The notes: generated by a model not told the origin, from the letters alone. A stretch of DNA of 64,000 nucleotides from Candidatus Bathyarchaeota archaeon (GCA_963775685.1 CAVZJV010000014.1:2112001-2176000), one strand, 5' to 3'. Positions 50,675 to 61,653 are shown, numbered from the stretch's first letter. Numbers and translations are program-made.

Positions 50675-51311
50675 ACAGAGCCCAACCCAGAACCCTGCGG
50701 TTGAGGTTGCGCATGAAGTCGACAGAAAAGCTCATCTTTTGGCACTGTTAGAGGCAGCCCTCTATGTTGCTGGTCGCCCATTAGACCTAAACGAGCTGTG
50801 TCAGGTTGTTGGCAGCCGCTCCAAGAAGAGGACCCAAACCTACATTGAAGTGCTCATGAAAGAATATGCTACACGGAATACGGCTTTGGAGCTGTTGGCG
50901 CTTAAGAATGAACGCTACGTTTTACAGGTAAAAGCAGAATTTACTCATTTGATTAAGAAACTGGTAAATCGCCCCTTGCTCTCGTCAGGTCCACTTAAAA
51001 CACTCTCCTACATCGCCTACCGCCAACCCATCTCCCAGAAAAGAGTAATAGAGGTTCGGGGACAACACGCCTACGGACACGTCAAGTTACTCAAGGACAT
51101 GGGCTTAATATTGTCTGAGAGAAGTGGGCGCACCTTGGCACTGAAAACTACTGATTACTTCTCTGACTACTTCGGCTTGACTACGGATACTTCGATCATG
51201 AAGAAGGACCTCAAGAAGATTTTCGGAGAAGCCATAAAAGAGGATTTGGCAGGGCGTCAACAAAAAGAAAGAGTGCAAGAAAACCAAGAAAATAATGTCG
51301 AGGACGCGTAG
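50646..51311 (+). CDS. scpB: Segregation/condensation protein B
   Basis: LEAALY, TLSYIAYRQPI, IEVRG, TTDYFSDYFG. Confidence 0.93.
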   Translation: MLEKPNRTVEQSPTQNPAVEVAHEVDRKAHLLALLEAALYVAGRPLDLNELCQVVGSRSKKRTQTYIEVLMKEYATRNTALELLALKNERYVLQVKAEFTHLIKKLVNRPLLSSGPLKTLSYIAYRQPISQKRVIEVRGQHAYGHVKLLKDMGLILSERSGRTLALKTTDYFSDYFGLTTDTSIMKKDLKKIFGEAIKEDLAGRQQKERVQENQENNVEDA

Positions 51312-51539
51312 GCCACTTCTAAATACTAATAACCAGCGCAACCAACAAACAGTCGGAATCTAAGAACATTAAACGCGATTAGTCTGTCGTCGCGTTAGTT
51401 GTTGTCGTGGTAATAGAGGCTTTTCTTTCGCATAGTAAACAAAAACCCAAACACAATACGCAACGAAGGTCTTTTGACGGATATGTTTATATTGAAATCT
51501 ATGGTTTTAGTTGCTACTCGAATCAAGGATAGGTAGAAT

Positions 51540-51932
51540 ATGTCTACTCATAGTAGTTTACGCAAAAGAAAGCTCACAGGCGGCAAAAAACGCGCTTACC
51601 GTAGCAAGAAGAAGTATGAAGCAGGTGGGTTCCCAGCTGAAACAATTTTGGGTGAGCCAAAACGCAAGGTCACCAGAGGCATGGGCGGAAACACCAAAAT
51701 CAAAGTCTTAACCGACAAATTTGCCTCCGTTACTGACCCAAAAAGCGGCAACACTGAAAAAGCTGAAATTACCCGAGTCGTCAAAAACGCCGCAAACGTC
51801 GATTATAACCGACGGGGCGTCATAACAAAAGGCGCAGAAATCGAAACCTCACTGGGCTTAGCAAAAGTTACTAGCCGACCCGGCAGCGACGGCATAATTA
51901 ACGCTGTCCTGATCAGCAAAGAAAAAGTCTAA
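51540..51932 (+). CDS. rps8e: 30S ribosomal protein S8e
   Basis: RKLTGG, RRGVITKGAEI, VTSRPG..GIINA. Confidence 0.97.
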   Translation: MSTHSSLRKRKLTGGKKRAYRSKKKYEAGGFPAETILGEPKRKVTRGMGGNTKIKVLTDKFASVTDPKSGNTEKAEITRVVKNAANVDYNRRGVITKGAEIETSLGLAKVTSRPGSDGIINAVLISKEKV

Positions 51933-51938
51933 AATTTT

Positions 51939-52259
51939 TTAACGCTTCTTGACGTTAACTGGCTGCTGGCCTTGTTGACTTTTAATTTTCACAAGTTGCT
52001 TAGCTAATTTTTTGATAATTGCTTCTTTTGCTTCCATCTTCTCTACAAGCAGCATTCCAGACTTAACCCAAGGTACCTTGGGGAAATGTGCATCAATGTT
52101 CAGTTGGTTCTCTAATCCTAGTTTGTCTGCGGCTTCTTTGATTTCTAGGATTTTGGGCGAATTGACAGCTTGATTTTTTGGAACACGGCGTCCTTCCTGG
52201 CGTGACTTGTTTATATCAAAGTAGACTGGCCAGATTATGGCTTTATCGAGTTTACGCAT
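51939..52259 (-). CDS. srp19: Signal recognition particle subunit SRP19
   Basis: IIWPVYFD..SRQEGRRVPK..P. Confidence 0.93.
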   Translation of the reverse strand: MRKLDKAIIWPVYFDINKSRQEGRRVPKNQAVNSPKILEIKEAADKLGLENQLNIDAHFPKVPWVKSGMLLVEKMEAKEAIIKKLAKQLVKIKSQQGQQPVNVKKR

Positions 52260-52268
52260 ACCTTGTAC

Positions 52269-54026
52269 CTACTTTTGAGAGTAATACACTACTAGTTTTT
52301 CTCCGACCTCGGTTATGTGGACAAATCCGAAGCGTTCAAATTGTATGATGGCGTCTGGCTTTAACTTTTTGCAATCAGATTCCGAAAATCCCTCGGTAAT
52401 TGATGCGTCCTGATTAAACACTTGAGTAGGGTACTCAGTGCCAAGGGGGATCCACTGGATAAGTTGAACCTTGATTTTCCGCACATCTTCATAGGATTCA
52501 CTAGCATAAGCCGCGAAGACGCAGGTTTGGTTTTTCTCTTGAATTTTAATGTTAAAGAGCTCCATGAGCCGAATCGTCTCATCAGGCTCCATGGCTTGAG
52601 CATCTTTCTGTGAAATCCACAAACTAACCGATCTCTCGTCACCCTCGGGAACTATTACGTATTCTCTAAAACCACGCTCGGGATGTTCAGGATGCATGGG
52701 CAACTTAGCCATAAAGGCTTTAGGTAACCCTATAACTTTTAGTTCAGTTGGCTGCGCAACGAAGAAGTAGCGGTCGCTTGTGGCGTCAAGAAGTTTGCGG
52801 TTATAAGCGTAAAGGTTCTCCCAGCTAAGTGTAACATCATTTGGTTTTATGCCGACGTCGATAATCATTTTTTTGATGGCTTCAGGGATGATACCCCTTT
52901 TTCTAAGCGCTTGGAATGTGCCAAGTCGAGGGTCATCAAAATCCGCATAGTCGCCTTCTTTTATGCCTGCAACGATTTTGGATTTGCTTAGGGCGGCGCC
53001 AGTTATCTTTAGCCTTCCATAATGTATGGCTTCAGGGTATTCCCAGCCCAAATGCAGGTACATGTATTTTTGCCGGACCATGTTTGTGTAATGCTCTTTA
53101 CCGCGGATTATATGCGTCATGCCCATTAAGTGGTCATCTAAACCTGCAGCAAGATTGTAGAGCGGCCAAACAATGTATTTGCTTCCTTGCCTTGGATGCG
53201 GATATTTTTTAGTGTTAATTATACGCAGGGCTGGCCAGTCACGCACAGCAGGGTTTGGATTATCCAACTCTGTCTTCACCCGAACGACCGCTTGTCCCTC
53301 TTCGTAGCCGCCTTCTAACATGCGGTGCCAACGATCCATCTGATTATTAACATTGATCTTTCGGCATGGACAGGCTTGTTTAGCCAAGGTTTTGTTTCGA
53401 AACTCCTCAGGGCTGCATTCGCAAACGTATGCGTTACCGTCGCTGACCAGTTTCTCGGTGTACTGATAGTAGATTGGGAGGCGATCGCTTTGGATGTATT
53501 CCTCGTCGACTTTGCAGCCGAGCCATTTTAGGTCTTGCCGGATGCTGTCATAAAATTTGAGGACTGGCTTTTTGACTTTGGGATCAGTGTCTTCAAAGCG
53601 TAGGATGAATTTACCATTGTATAAGCGGGCGTACTCATGGCTAAGCAATATGGCTCGGGCTGAACCCAAGTGCAAAACGCAGTCAGGGTTTGGCGAGAAA
53701 CGGGTTACTATTTGCTTGTATTTATCAGCGTTAGGCAGGGGCGGTAATCGTTTTTCCTCAGCTTTTTCTTTCTTTTGGGTTTCAGGCCAGTTTTTCTCCA
53801 CAATAGCTTTCTGCTCAACTAATGTTAAGCTGTTAACTTCAACAACAACAGCCGTAATGACGCTTGAGAGCTCTTTAAATTGGCTTCGGAGTTCAGATCT
53901 CTCACCGAGAATCTTACCAACCATGGCGCCTGCCTGCGCTTTTCCATCATGCCCGACTGCATTTAGCAGGGCAGCTTTTCGAATAAACTCACGTAATTCA
54001 ATATCGTTTTCTAAATCCAAATCCAA
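52269..54026 (-). CDS. gltX: Glutamate--tRNA ligase
   Basis: RFSPNP..LHLGS, RFEDTDP, HIIRGKEH, LSKS, QFERFGF. Confidence 0.96.
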   Translation of the reverse strand: MDLDLENDIELREFIRKAALLNAVGHDGKAQAGAMVGKILGERSELRSQFKELSSVITAVVVEVNSLTLVEQKAIVEKNWPETQKKEKAEEKRLPPLPNADKYKQIVTRFSPNPDCVLHLGSARAILLSHEYARLYNGKFILRFEDTDPKVKKPVLKFYDSIRQDLKWLGCKVDEEYIQSDRLPIYYQYTEKLVSDGNAYVCECSPEEFRNKTLAKQACPCRKINVNNQMDRWHRMLEGGYEEGQAVVRVKTELDNPNPAVRDWPALRIINTKKYPHPRQGSKYIVWPLYNLAAGLDDHLMGMTHIIRGKEHYTNMVRQKYMYLHLGWEYPEAIHYGRLKITGAALSKSKIVAGIKEGDYADFDDPRLGTFQALRKRGIIPEAIKKMIIDVGIKPNDVTLSWENLYAYNRKLLDATSDRYFFVAQPTELKVIGLPKAFMAKLPMHPEHPERGFREYVIVPEGDERSVSLWISQKDAQAMEPDETIRLMELFNIKIQEKNQTCVFAAYASESYEDVRKIKVQLIQWIPLGTEYPTQVFNQDASITEGFSESDCKKLKPDAIIQFERFGFVHITEVGEKLVVYYSQK

Positions 54027-54036
54027 TACGCTCGTT

Positions 54037-55107
54037 TTACTTGCTTCGTTGTATCAAGAATTCAGCGAACGCTTTTAATTTTTCCTTAGCCTGAGGTGTG
54101 GGCAGAAGTTTTTCTGTTTCACGCCAGCTTTCCGCAACCATTTGTTCCGCTGTCTGCTTAACATGATCCATGGCCCCGTATTTCTGCATAACTGCTATGG
54201 CTTCGTCTCGAAGGGCTTGGTCTGAGGTGTGAATGTTAAGGATTTCAATTAGCTTTTTTTTGTCTTTACTGTTAGCTTTTTTTAGTGTGTAAATAACCAT
54301 CAGCGACCTTTTGCCCTCAGTGATGTCTTGTCCGACGCCGCCCTTTTTTTTGGCAAACTCTTGGCCCGTTAAATCTAAGATGTCATCCTGCATTTGGAAG
54401 GCCACACCAATGCTTTCTGCAAATCTGCCTAGCGCCTCGACCAATGGTTTATTGGCTCCTGCGAGAACTGCTGCAATTTTTGCGGCCATGCGTGCTAGGG
54501 TACCCGTTTTGTATGCACACATCTGCAGATAGTCGCCTTCGTCAAGTTCGTCGGCTTTAGCTATGCCCCTGTGCCATGCAATATCCATTGCCTGCCCCAT
54601 GCTCAGGTTAATCATCTCCTGAACATAAATTTCGTAAACATCACGTTGTATATCAGGCGAAATTCTCTCTTTTTGCTCCATCAGGGGCAGAAGTGGCAGG
54701 TAATACATGGCGTTTCCAGCGTTAACTGATATGTCCAATAGGAAAATCTTGTAGGTGCAGGGTCTGCCACGGCGCATTTCTGAGGAGTCTTCGATGTCGT
54801 CGATGACTAGGGTGCCATTGTGGATGACTTCTGGGATTATTGAGAAGTCCAAGCAGTAGTCCGCTTTTTTGCCCAGAGCTTCACAAATCAAAAGGAAAAG
54901 AGCTGGGCGCCAACGTTTTCCTCCTCGGTCCAGCATGTCCCAAATGGGGTCAGCAATCCCCTTGTTAATCGGCTCCAAGGTGTAACTGTATCTGGGCGGG
55001 GTAACTTTGAATAAAACCGCGTCCTCGCCAAACTTGCGGGGAATGTATTTTTCGATAGCTTTGTCGACTAACAGTGCGGTCTCTTCGAGAAATTTTTCGA
55101 TGTCCAA
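54037..55107 (-). CDS. idsA: Geranylgeranyl diphosphate synthase (polyprenyl synthetase)
   Basis: GGKRWRP, DDIED..RRG, GQAMD, KT, FQMQDDILD. Confidence 0.92.
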   Translation of the reverse strand: MDIEKFLEETALLVDKAIEKYIPRKFGEDAVLFKVTPPRYSYTLEPINKGIADPIWDMLDRGGKRWRPALFLLICEALGKKADYCLDFSIIPEVIHNGTLVIDDIEDSSEMRRGRPCTYKIFLLDISVNAGNAMYYLPLLPLMEQKERISPDIQRDVYEIYVQEMINLSMGQAMDIAWHRGIAKADELDEGDYLQMCAYKTGTLARMAAKIAAVLAGANKPLVEALGRFAESIGVAFQMQDDILDLTGQEFAKKKGGVGQDITEGKRSLMVIYTLKKANSKDKKKLIEILNIHTSDQALRDEAIAVMQKYGAMDHVKQTAEQMVAESWRETEKLLPTPQAKEKLKAFAEFLIQRSK

Positions 55108-55108
55108 G

Positions 55109-56203
55109 TTAATATGCTCCTCTTTTTGCGTATGTTTCCAATTTAAATCCGCGGGCTTGTAGCCACTGAGCAGTTTTCCCAGTTATGACTACAGGAGACT
55201 TTGTTAAATCGTTTAGTTTTTCTGATCCCACAAGGAACATGACGTTGCGTAGTTCCTCTATTAGGCAGGATAGTTTTTCCTCAGTTTCTCTGGCGCCTTT
55301 GACGGCTGTTTCCAGTATAGGCTGTGATACGCTGGCTAAACTTGCTCCAAGAGCTAAAGCTTTGGCTATATCGGTGCCGCTACGAATGCCCCCTGAAGCA
55401 ATCAAGGGCAACTTTACTGTCTGCGCATTCTCGACAAGGCTCACTGCAGTGGGTATGCCCCAATCCCAGAAAGCCTCTCCTAAGTAAACATCTTTTTGTT
55501 TAGTTGAGCGGTAATATTCAACTGCTGCAAAGCTGGTTCCGCCCAAGCCGCCAATGTCTATTGCTTTGACTCCTGCTTTCTCAAGGGCTTTTGCGTCTTC
55601 GGCTGCAATTCCTGCGCCTGTTTCCTTAACGATGACGGGTACATCGAGGGCGCCTGTGATTTCGCCAATTTTTTCGAGGACTCCATGAAAATCGGTTTGT
55701 CCCTCTGGTTGCATTGCTTCTTGTAAAGCATTCAGGTGGATTGCGACAGCGTCAGCATCAATCATTTCTACAATTTTCTTTACTTCTTTAACGCCATAGC
55801 CTTGAACAAGCTGAATTCCGCCGACATTGGCAATTAAGAAAGCTTTTGGAGCTTTTTCACGTGCCACACGATAGGTTTTTTCTAGATTTTTATTTTCGAT
55901 GGCCGCTCTTTGGCTACCCAAGCCCATCCCTAATCCAAGTTTCTCCACGGCTTCGGCTATGGAAGCATTTATGGTGGTTGCTTCTTGGGCTCCTCCAGTC
56001 ATAGCTCCCACAATTATGGGTGCGTTGAATTTTTTTCCAAGAAAAGTGGTTGAGAGGTTGATTTTGGATTTGTTTATTTCTGGCAATGCACGGTGAACCA
56101 GTGAAATATCCTGAAAGCCTGGGGTAACATTTTTGGCTTGCGCTTTTTTATCTAAGCATATTCGGATGTGGTCAACTTTGCGTTTGCCAGTTTCTTCCGC
56201 CAT
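55109..56203 (-). CDS. fni: Type 2 isopentenyl-diphosphate delta-isomerase
   Basis: RKVDHI, AMTGG, GSQR, HLNALQE..QPEG, KETG, ASGGIR. Confidence 0.96.
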   Translation of the reverse strand: MAEETGKRKVDHIRICLDKKAQAKNVTPGFQDISLVHRALPEINKSKINLSTTFLGKKFNAPIIVGAMTGGAQEATTINASIAEAVEKLGLGMGLGSQRAAIENKNLEKTYRVAREKAPKAFLIANVGGIQLVQGYGVKEVKKIVEMIDADAVAIHLNALQEAMQPEGQTDFHGVLEKIGEITGALDVPVIVKETGAGIAAEDAKALEKAGVKAIDIGGLGGTSFAAVEYYRSTKQKDVYLGEAFWDWGIPTAVSLVENAQTVKLPLIASGGIRSGTDIAKALALGASLASVSQPILETAVKGARETEEKLSCLIEELRNVMFLVGSEKLNDLTKSPVVITGKTAQWLQARGFKLETYAKRGAY

Positions 56204-56204
56204 C

Positions 56205-57008
56205 TTAGGTCTTCTCTATTTCAGTGCCTAACACACTTTGGTCTGTTAAGGCTCTGTAAATAGATAACCCTTTTGTGGCGCCCGTCACAGTCACATGGAC
56301 TCCCGCTTCGATTGCTGGGATAAGCGCTGCTATTTTGCCTGCCATGCCGCCTGTAACGTCTTTACCTTGTGATTTGCCGAGTTTTGGCTGAATCGCTTTG
56401 AGTTCCTCCAAGGTTAGTTTTTTATAGGGTTTTGCGTCTGGGTTAGTTTTGGGGTCTGCGTCGAATAAGCCGTCTGTATCTGTGCCGACAACGATTTTTG
56501 AAGCGTTGTATTTTATGGCTAAGTACCCTACTAGTTGGTCCCCTGAGAGGATTGTGAAGCCTAACTTTTCATCTAAAACTGCGTCGCCATACATGACTGG
56601 GGTGAAATTCATTTTTTGCATGGCTTTAAGGACGGTTTCGTCGAAGAATTTGATTTTTCCGTTCTCTGTCAAGAAGCAAGATGAAGGCGCTATGCTTACG
56701 GCTGGTGTCTCATGCCAAATCATAGCATCCATAACTAAACCGTTTAGAACCGTCATGACGTGATGTGTTTCAGCGAAGCCCAATTTCTGAGTTGGGTCCT
56801 CATTGTAGCCTTCTTTTAACCCATATTTTAGTGCAGTCGGGTGACCAAAACTGCCGCCTCCATGGACAACAATAAGGTTGTCGAGGTCTGCCCGCTTGAT
56901 TTCCTCCGCTAGGCGATTAATGATTTGGGTTTTCGCTGCTAACTCTCCAGTTTTGTCGGTGATGGCTGAGCCGCCGAGTTTTAGGATTATTGGCTTTAAA
57001 TCGTTCAT
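56205..57008 (-). CDS. ipk: Isopentenyl phosphate kinase
   Basis: LKLGGSAITDK, HGGGSFGH, SGD, DVTGGM; start moved to ATG 57008. Confidence 0.94.
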   Translation of the reverse strand: MNDLKPIILKLGGSAITDKTGELAAKTQIINRLAEEIKRADLDNLIVVHGGGSFGHPTALKYGLKEGYNEDPTQKLGFAETHHVMTVLNGLVMDAMIWHETPAVSIAPSSCFLTENGKIKFFDETVLKAMQKMNFTPVMYGDAVLDEKLGFTILSGDQLVGYLAIKYNASKIVVGTDTDGLFDADPKTNPDAKPYKKLTLEELKAIQPKLGKSQGKDVTGGMAGKIAALIPAIEAGVHVTVTGATKGLSIYRALTDQSVLGTEIEKT

Positions 57009-57389
57009 GGCAATCGTAACCAACCTATGTATTTGTATTCTGCTAATTTAACATTACAGTTTGTTGTTGCAATCTTTAGCTAATGAACTCTTGTTGCCTG
57101 TCATATTTGTAAATGCGTCAGTTTTATTATGCACAAATTTTGGAGGTAATTTTTATAATATTTATGTATGAAACCATTTTACCACAACAGCACCCAGTAC
57201 CCAACCGACTGCACTGCCTTTTGCATTTGCCATCCACGTCCGCCCCACATATGCAGACTGGTTTTGCAAACAGCCAAAGCAAAGCCAAAATGTAAGCTCG
57301 CAAGCGGAATGCCTCGATATAAAAAAAAGAGTTGAGGTAGAATTCGGCCGAAGGTTCTTTTTTTATTGCATACATAGTTTCTATAAATT

Positions 57390-57785
57390 TTATTGAACTG
57401 ATGTTATTGAGACGGTGTCGTTTTCTATTATAATTTTGTCGCCTGTTTTGATTTTGCAAATATCGATTTTGTCAATGCAGGGGATTTCGCTTATTATGGC
57501 GCCGACTGCTACTATGGTTTCGCATTCTTTGTTTATCATACCCCTTGGTGCGGTTCCGTTTTTCTTCATGCGGTAGAGTGTGTAGCTGCCTACGGTGGAG
57601 CCTTTGCCCTGTGGGAAGACGAGGATTTTGTCTTTGACGCTTTGACCGTTTAGTTGGTGTCCTTTTTCTAAGACCACTCCTGTATTTGGGTCAACGCCGC
57701 CGTAGAAGGAAATCGGCATCTCCGTGACTAACGCTTCGCCTTGCGCCTTGCCTTTGTAGATTATTCTCCCCTTTAGCTGTTCCAT
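57390..57785 (-). CDS. Aconitase X small subunit (DUF126); phosphomevalonate dehydratase small subunit
   Basis: [17 protein letters not shown]; mevalonate operon context. Confidence 0.9.
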   Translation of the reverse strand: MEQLKGRIIYKGKAQGEALVTEMPISFYGGVDPNTGVVLEKGHQLNGQSVKDKILVFPQGKGSTVGSYTLYRMKKNGTAPRGMINKECETIVAVGAIISEIPCIDKIDICKIKTGDKIIIENDTVSITSVQ

Positions 57786-58978
57786 TTTCCAGTCACCGCC
57801 GCCTCAACGCATTCTTTCATGCTGCCCATCTTGGTTTTCATAAGGTTCTGCCTTGAATAGAAACATCCCTTAGCTGATGTTGTTGCTAGCGATTTGAACC
57901 TGCCTTTCAAGGGCGCGACTGCCATGCAGGTGTCGCATGCGAATTTTCCGCCTGCTGCCTCAATTGTCGCTGTGTAGCCGCGTTTATCCGCTAGCTGCTT
58001 TGCTGTTCGTGAGGTGGCAACCCAAAACTCTGTGCTTTCCGCCACCTGTCTGCCTTTCACTAACTCGGCAATTTCAGAGATTTCTTTGATTGAGCAGTGT
58101 GGGCAGCCCACGCATACAAGCTCAATTTCGGATACATCGTCGTTGATGTTGTCGTAGGCGTTTTTAAGGTCGCTTTGGTCAATGATTACTTTTTCTTTGA
58201 GTTGCGGCTGTTGCTCAGCTCCAGGTGTTACACCTTTCATGTAGAAAAGCGGTTTCGCACCATAAGTTACCACGGAGGCGCAAAATGATTTGAGTTCGTC
58301 TAGTTCCGCTGCTTTTATACCTGTTATGTATGGGATTTTGTTTTCTGCCTTCCTGCCAATTGCGTAGCCCAATGCACCCCAATCGGAGAGCTTGGTTAAT
58401 TCTGCGTTAACTCGAACGTGTACGTCGGGTATTCGGTTCTCGTCTAGGTGTAGACCGTAACAGGGGGTTTTGCCGACGAAAGCGGCTGCGAGTGCCGATG
58501 GCCCCCCTTCCCGGTTAGTTTTAGCTCCCAAAACGGAGTTGGCAAATGTGACTGCACTACTCTCTGACCATGCGACGTGTTCGCCGTAGAGCGGTAAGTT
58601 GCCGATGAGGTAGGGTGTGCAGGTACAGCTGATTATGATGCCCATGCGTTTGAAGGCGTCGATTACTAGGTTTTGTTTTTCTGCGAATTCTGGGCTGATG
58701 CCGAGTTGCTGCCAATTTTCGAGGTCCATGCCTGCGGGGTTTAGGGTGGTTAGAACTTTGACTCTGCCGTCAACTGCTAGATCGTTTAGGAATTCGAGTC
58801 CTGCATCTCCAAGGTTGTGGTAGGATACGCCTGCGACTTGGACGCTGCCTACTTTGATTAGGCTTTTTGCGCCAAAGATGTCGCCTAGTGCAGTTAGGAT
58901 TTCCATGCTTTTGCGTACGGCGTAGCCTTCTTTGCCTTCTAGCATTGCTTGTTCTTGTTTAGTTAACTCCATATTCAT
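57773..58978 (-). CDS. Aconitase X large subunit (DUF521); phosphomevalonate dehydratase large subunit
   Basis: [32 protein letters not shown]. Confidence 0.92.
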   Translation of the reverse strand: MNMELTKQEQAMLEGKEGYAVRKSMEILTALGDIFGAKSLIKVGSVQVAGVSYHNLGDAGLEFLNDLAVDGRVKVLTTLNPAGMDLENWQQLGISPEFAEKQNLVIDAFKRMGIIISCTCTPYLIGNLPLYGEHVAWSESSAVTFANSVLGAKTNREGGPSALAAAFVGKTPCYGLHLDENRIPDVHVRVNAELTKLSDWGALGYAIGRKAENKIPYITGIKAAELDELKSFCASVVTYGAKPLFYMKGVTPGAEQQPQLKEKVIIDQSDLKNAYDNINDDVSEIELVCVGCPHCSIKEISEIAELVKGRQVAESTEFWVATSRTAKQLADKRGYTATIEAAGGKFACDTCMAVAPLKGRFKSLATTSAKGCFYSRQNLMKTKMGSMKECVEAAVTGKWNS

Positions 58979-59251
58979 TCACTATCTTGATATCCCGTTT
59001 CATACGCCCATTTCTTCATTTGTTCGCTAACTTTCGGGTCATTTGTGCGTAGACGCAAATAGGCAATTATGAAGTTGGCGGGCACATGTCCTAAGTTAAT
59101 GTCGCTTTTAAGCCATTCCAACAGTTGCTTGTGTGGGGCGACGATTTTGCCGTTGACTATGTAACCTTCTCTCTGTGGCTATGCGGTAGAAGTCCGCTGC
59201 GGTTTTGCCGCTTTTCGTCTGAACGTTTTGCATGTATGCTTTGAAGGACAT
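58975..59251 (-). pseudogene. DUF4287-like small protein with a +1 frameshift near 59170
   Basis: MSFKAYMQNVQTKSGKT..ATE / GYIV..HKQLLEWLKSDINLGH..; stop overlaps the AcnX ATG. Confidence 0.7.
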
Positions 59252-59261
59252 AGCATTCCGC

Positions 59262-60569
59262 CTAGAGGTACTTGTTTAAGTTAACTTTGATATAGTCTAC
59301 TTTCTTGAAGCCCTTTCCCGTGGATACCAGAGGCGCGGTGGCGTCTAAGCCGGCTTTGGCGGTTGTGGCTTTTTTGCCCTCTGAGAGGTCGCCTGATGGG
59401 TCAAGCGATGAACCAGGCTGGTTAGATAAGATTACAACGTTTTTGTCTGCTTGGAGCCTTGTGGCGATTGCCCATTCAACGTCTTGTGGATCATAGATGT
59501 TAATGTCTTCGTCCACGACGATGCAGTGTTTGAGTGATCCATGTCCTTTAAATGCGGCGGATATTGCTTTTTTGCCATCGTCGGTATTCTGTTTTTTGAT
59601 TTGTACAACGGCGTGGAGCCAGCTGCATCCGCCCGGGGTAACGTAGACGTCTCTGACTTGGCAGACTTTGCCCACTTCGTTGTAGATGGTGGGTTCTTTG
59701 GGCATGCCCATGAGGAACTTGTGCTCGTTTTTGCCTGCCAGGATGGTTTGGTAAATGGGGTTTTTGCGGTGGGTGATGCATTTGATTTCTACGACGGGTT
59801 GTTGGCGTTCGCGGTCAACTATGCCGGTTAAGTCCAGAAATGGTCCTTCTGTTGCTTTTTCCTTTGTTATTCTGCCTTCGAGGATGAATTCGGTGTCTGC
59901 TGGTACCATTAAATCGACGGTTTTGCATTTTACTACGTTGATTTTTTCTAATGCGTTTGCCATGCCTAACTCGTTTATGCCCATAGCCAAAGTAGTGGCC
60001 GCCGCCAAGAGCACTGGTGTAGAGTTGCCGATGCAGATTGCGATGTCGAGTTCGCCTCCTGCCTTTGTTAATGCTGTGTCGGTGCCTCGGTGCTCGACGA
60101 TACGGGAAACGAAGTGGTTTTTGTCTTTGAGCATTAATCGGTGAAAGCACATGTTTGGACCGAGTTGTGGATCTTTGACGACGGATACGGCTGAGGCGAT
60201 GTATTTTCCGCCGTCTTTGTCAGTGTAGTGCATGATTGGAAGCTTGGTTAAATCAACGTTTTTCTCGACTACTTCCTGGCAAGGTGCGTTCTCAACCTTT
60301 TGGGGTGGGATAGGCTTTTCGATGGCTGATAGCAATTTCGGGAGAAGTTGCTCTTTGGTTATGCCCATTGAGCGGCAAATTAGCTCTTTGGAGGAAACCA
60401 GCCCAGCCACTACGGGGTAGCTGGATTCTTTAACGTTCTCAAAATAGACTGGTTTTTCGCCTAGCGCGGCAATTATGCCTGCCATCTCGTACTCGACTGA
60501 GACAGGCTTTATAATCTTTTTTAATTCATCCTTCAGTTGGAGTTCTTCAATAAAGTCTCTAAAGCCCAC
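59262..60569 (-). CDS. UbiD-family decarboxylase (probable anhydromevalonate phosphate decarboxylase)
   Basis: DGGKY, FHR, EGPF, VDEDIN..VEWAIATR, SLDPS; start likely GTG 60569. Confidence 0.92.
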   Translation of the reverse strand: MGFRDFIEELQLKDELKKIIKPVSVEYEMAGIIAALGEKPVYFENVKESSYPVVAGLVSSKELICRSMGITKEQLLPKLLSAIEKPIPPQKVENAPCQEVVEKNVDLTKLPIMHYTDKDGGKYIASAVSVVKDPQLGPNMCFHRLMLKDKNHFVSRIVEHRGTDTALTKAGGELDIAICIGNSTPVLLAAATTLAMGINELGMANALEKINVVKCKTVDLMVPADTEFILEGRITKEKATEGPFLDLTGIVDRERQQPVVEIKCITHRKNPIYQTILAGKNEHKFLMGMPKEPTIYNEVGKVCQVRDVYVTPGGCSWLHAVVQIKKQNTDDGKKAISAAFKGHGSLKHCIVVDEDINIYDPQDVEWAIATRLQADKNVVILSNQPGSSLDPSGDLSEGKKATTAKAGLDATAPLVSTGKGFKKVDYIKVNLNKYL

Positions 60570-60639
60570 TTTGGTTCGCCTTAAGTCAATGTAGCTTTTT
60601 TCTATCTTAAAAAACAATCGCAAAACCGTTCTTGTTTGG

Positions 60640-60830
60640 CGCTTTGTTTTTTTTTGCGAGTATGGGGTGCTCTGGAGTTTTCCTATCCCGTCTTTTGTTG
60701 TGGGGAGGTTTGGTTTTTTGGTTTGGGTTGTTTTTCTGGTTGTGTTGGGATGGGAAGTGTGGGTTTTTTGGTTGCATTCTATGTTGGGTTGGTTGGGATG
60801 GGATGGGGGCGATCGGGTTTACTTGGGCGT
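60640..60830. repeat. Low-complexity G/T-rich tract
   Basis: Plus strand almost entirely T and G (TTTGG/TTGGG/GGGATGGG). Confidence 0.7.
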
Positions 60831-60941
60831 AAATTGTGGGTCGAGTTACAGTAGGTAGGTTTATGCGTGGATCGTTTGCTCATACATTAAGCAATTAACT
60901 GCTTGTGCCGAAATAGAGAAGTCACTATTGTTATGTAAGCG

Positions 60942-61514
60942 TTGTATTGGCATTGTTTTATCCGGTTGATTTTCTGCACAGAGAAACAGTTGATGGTAAT
61001 GGTTGCTTTCGCTTTGACGGAGCCTACATTCAGTGGGTGCCAAAATGGAACCGTTGACCCAATTGTCGATTTGAACCATGACGACAAGATTGGCTCGAAC
61101 GACTTCTTCCCTTTCATAAGCGTTAAACAGCTTATTGGCAATCAGGAACTTGACACAACAATTAGAAATCACCAAAAAAGAGAGGAGCTTGCGGGCGATT
61201 ATCCTATGGATAAGAGTTCGATGCAACTGCTGCTCAAAATGCCAGGGGGTGTTGCTTCTAACTCCTCTACGTCACTTCTTTTTGAGGATATGAGTTCTAT
61301 TTTCTGCCAATATCGAGGGTTCGAGTTCAACCCCGCTTGCCTTTGGAGAAATAATGTTAGTGTGAATCTACTTTGGAGTAATGCCTTTCCCCACCTTTCT
61401 CTTCAGCCTTCAAGTTGCCTAGTGCATACTGAGCTTGAACGACAGCTTCAACGTACGCCATATCCAATACTTGCTTGCAGAACTATCAGAGTTTGTTTCG
61501 AATCGTGTATGTGA
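60942..61514 (+). other. Possible gene remnant with a dockerin/EF-hand-like motif
   Basis: DLNHDDKIGSNDF motif; the rest is not protein-family-like. Confidence 0.25.
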
Positions 61515-61653
61515 ACAGAGTTTTCTAAAATCAACTTATTTAGGGTGGAAAGAAAGAATATAAAAAAAAGTTGTTTTCGGCTAACTCTAAATTAACACTG
61601 CAAAGTCTATTTGGATTATTTGACTTTTTGAGACAACTCTACTCGGTGACAAA

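Noticed and set aside
51312-51440. Hairpin AACGCGA/TCGCGTT and a tiny minus-strand ORF after scpB
   Set aside because: Too short and unsupported to call an ncRNA or a gene
60660-60800. Faint resemblance of the minus strand to 5S rRNA
   Set aside because: G-depleted sequence cannot form the 5S helices; the similarity is probably compositional
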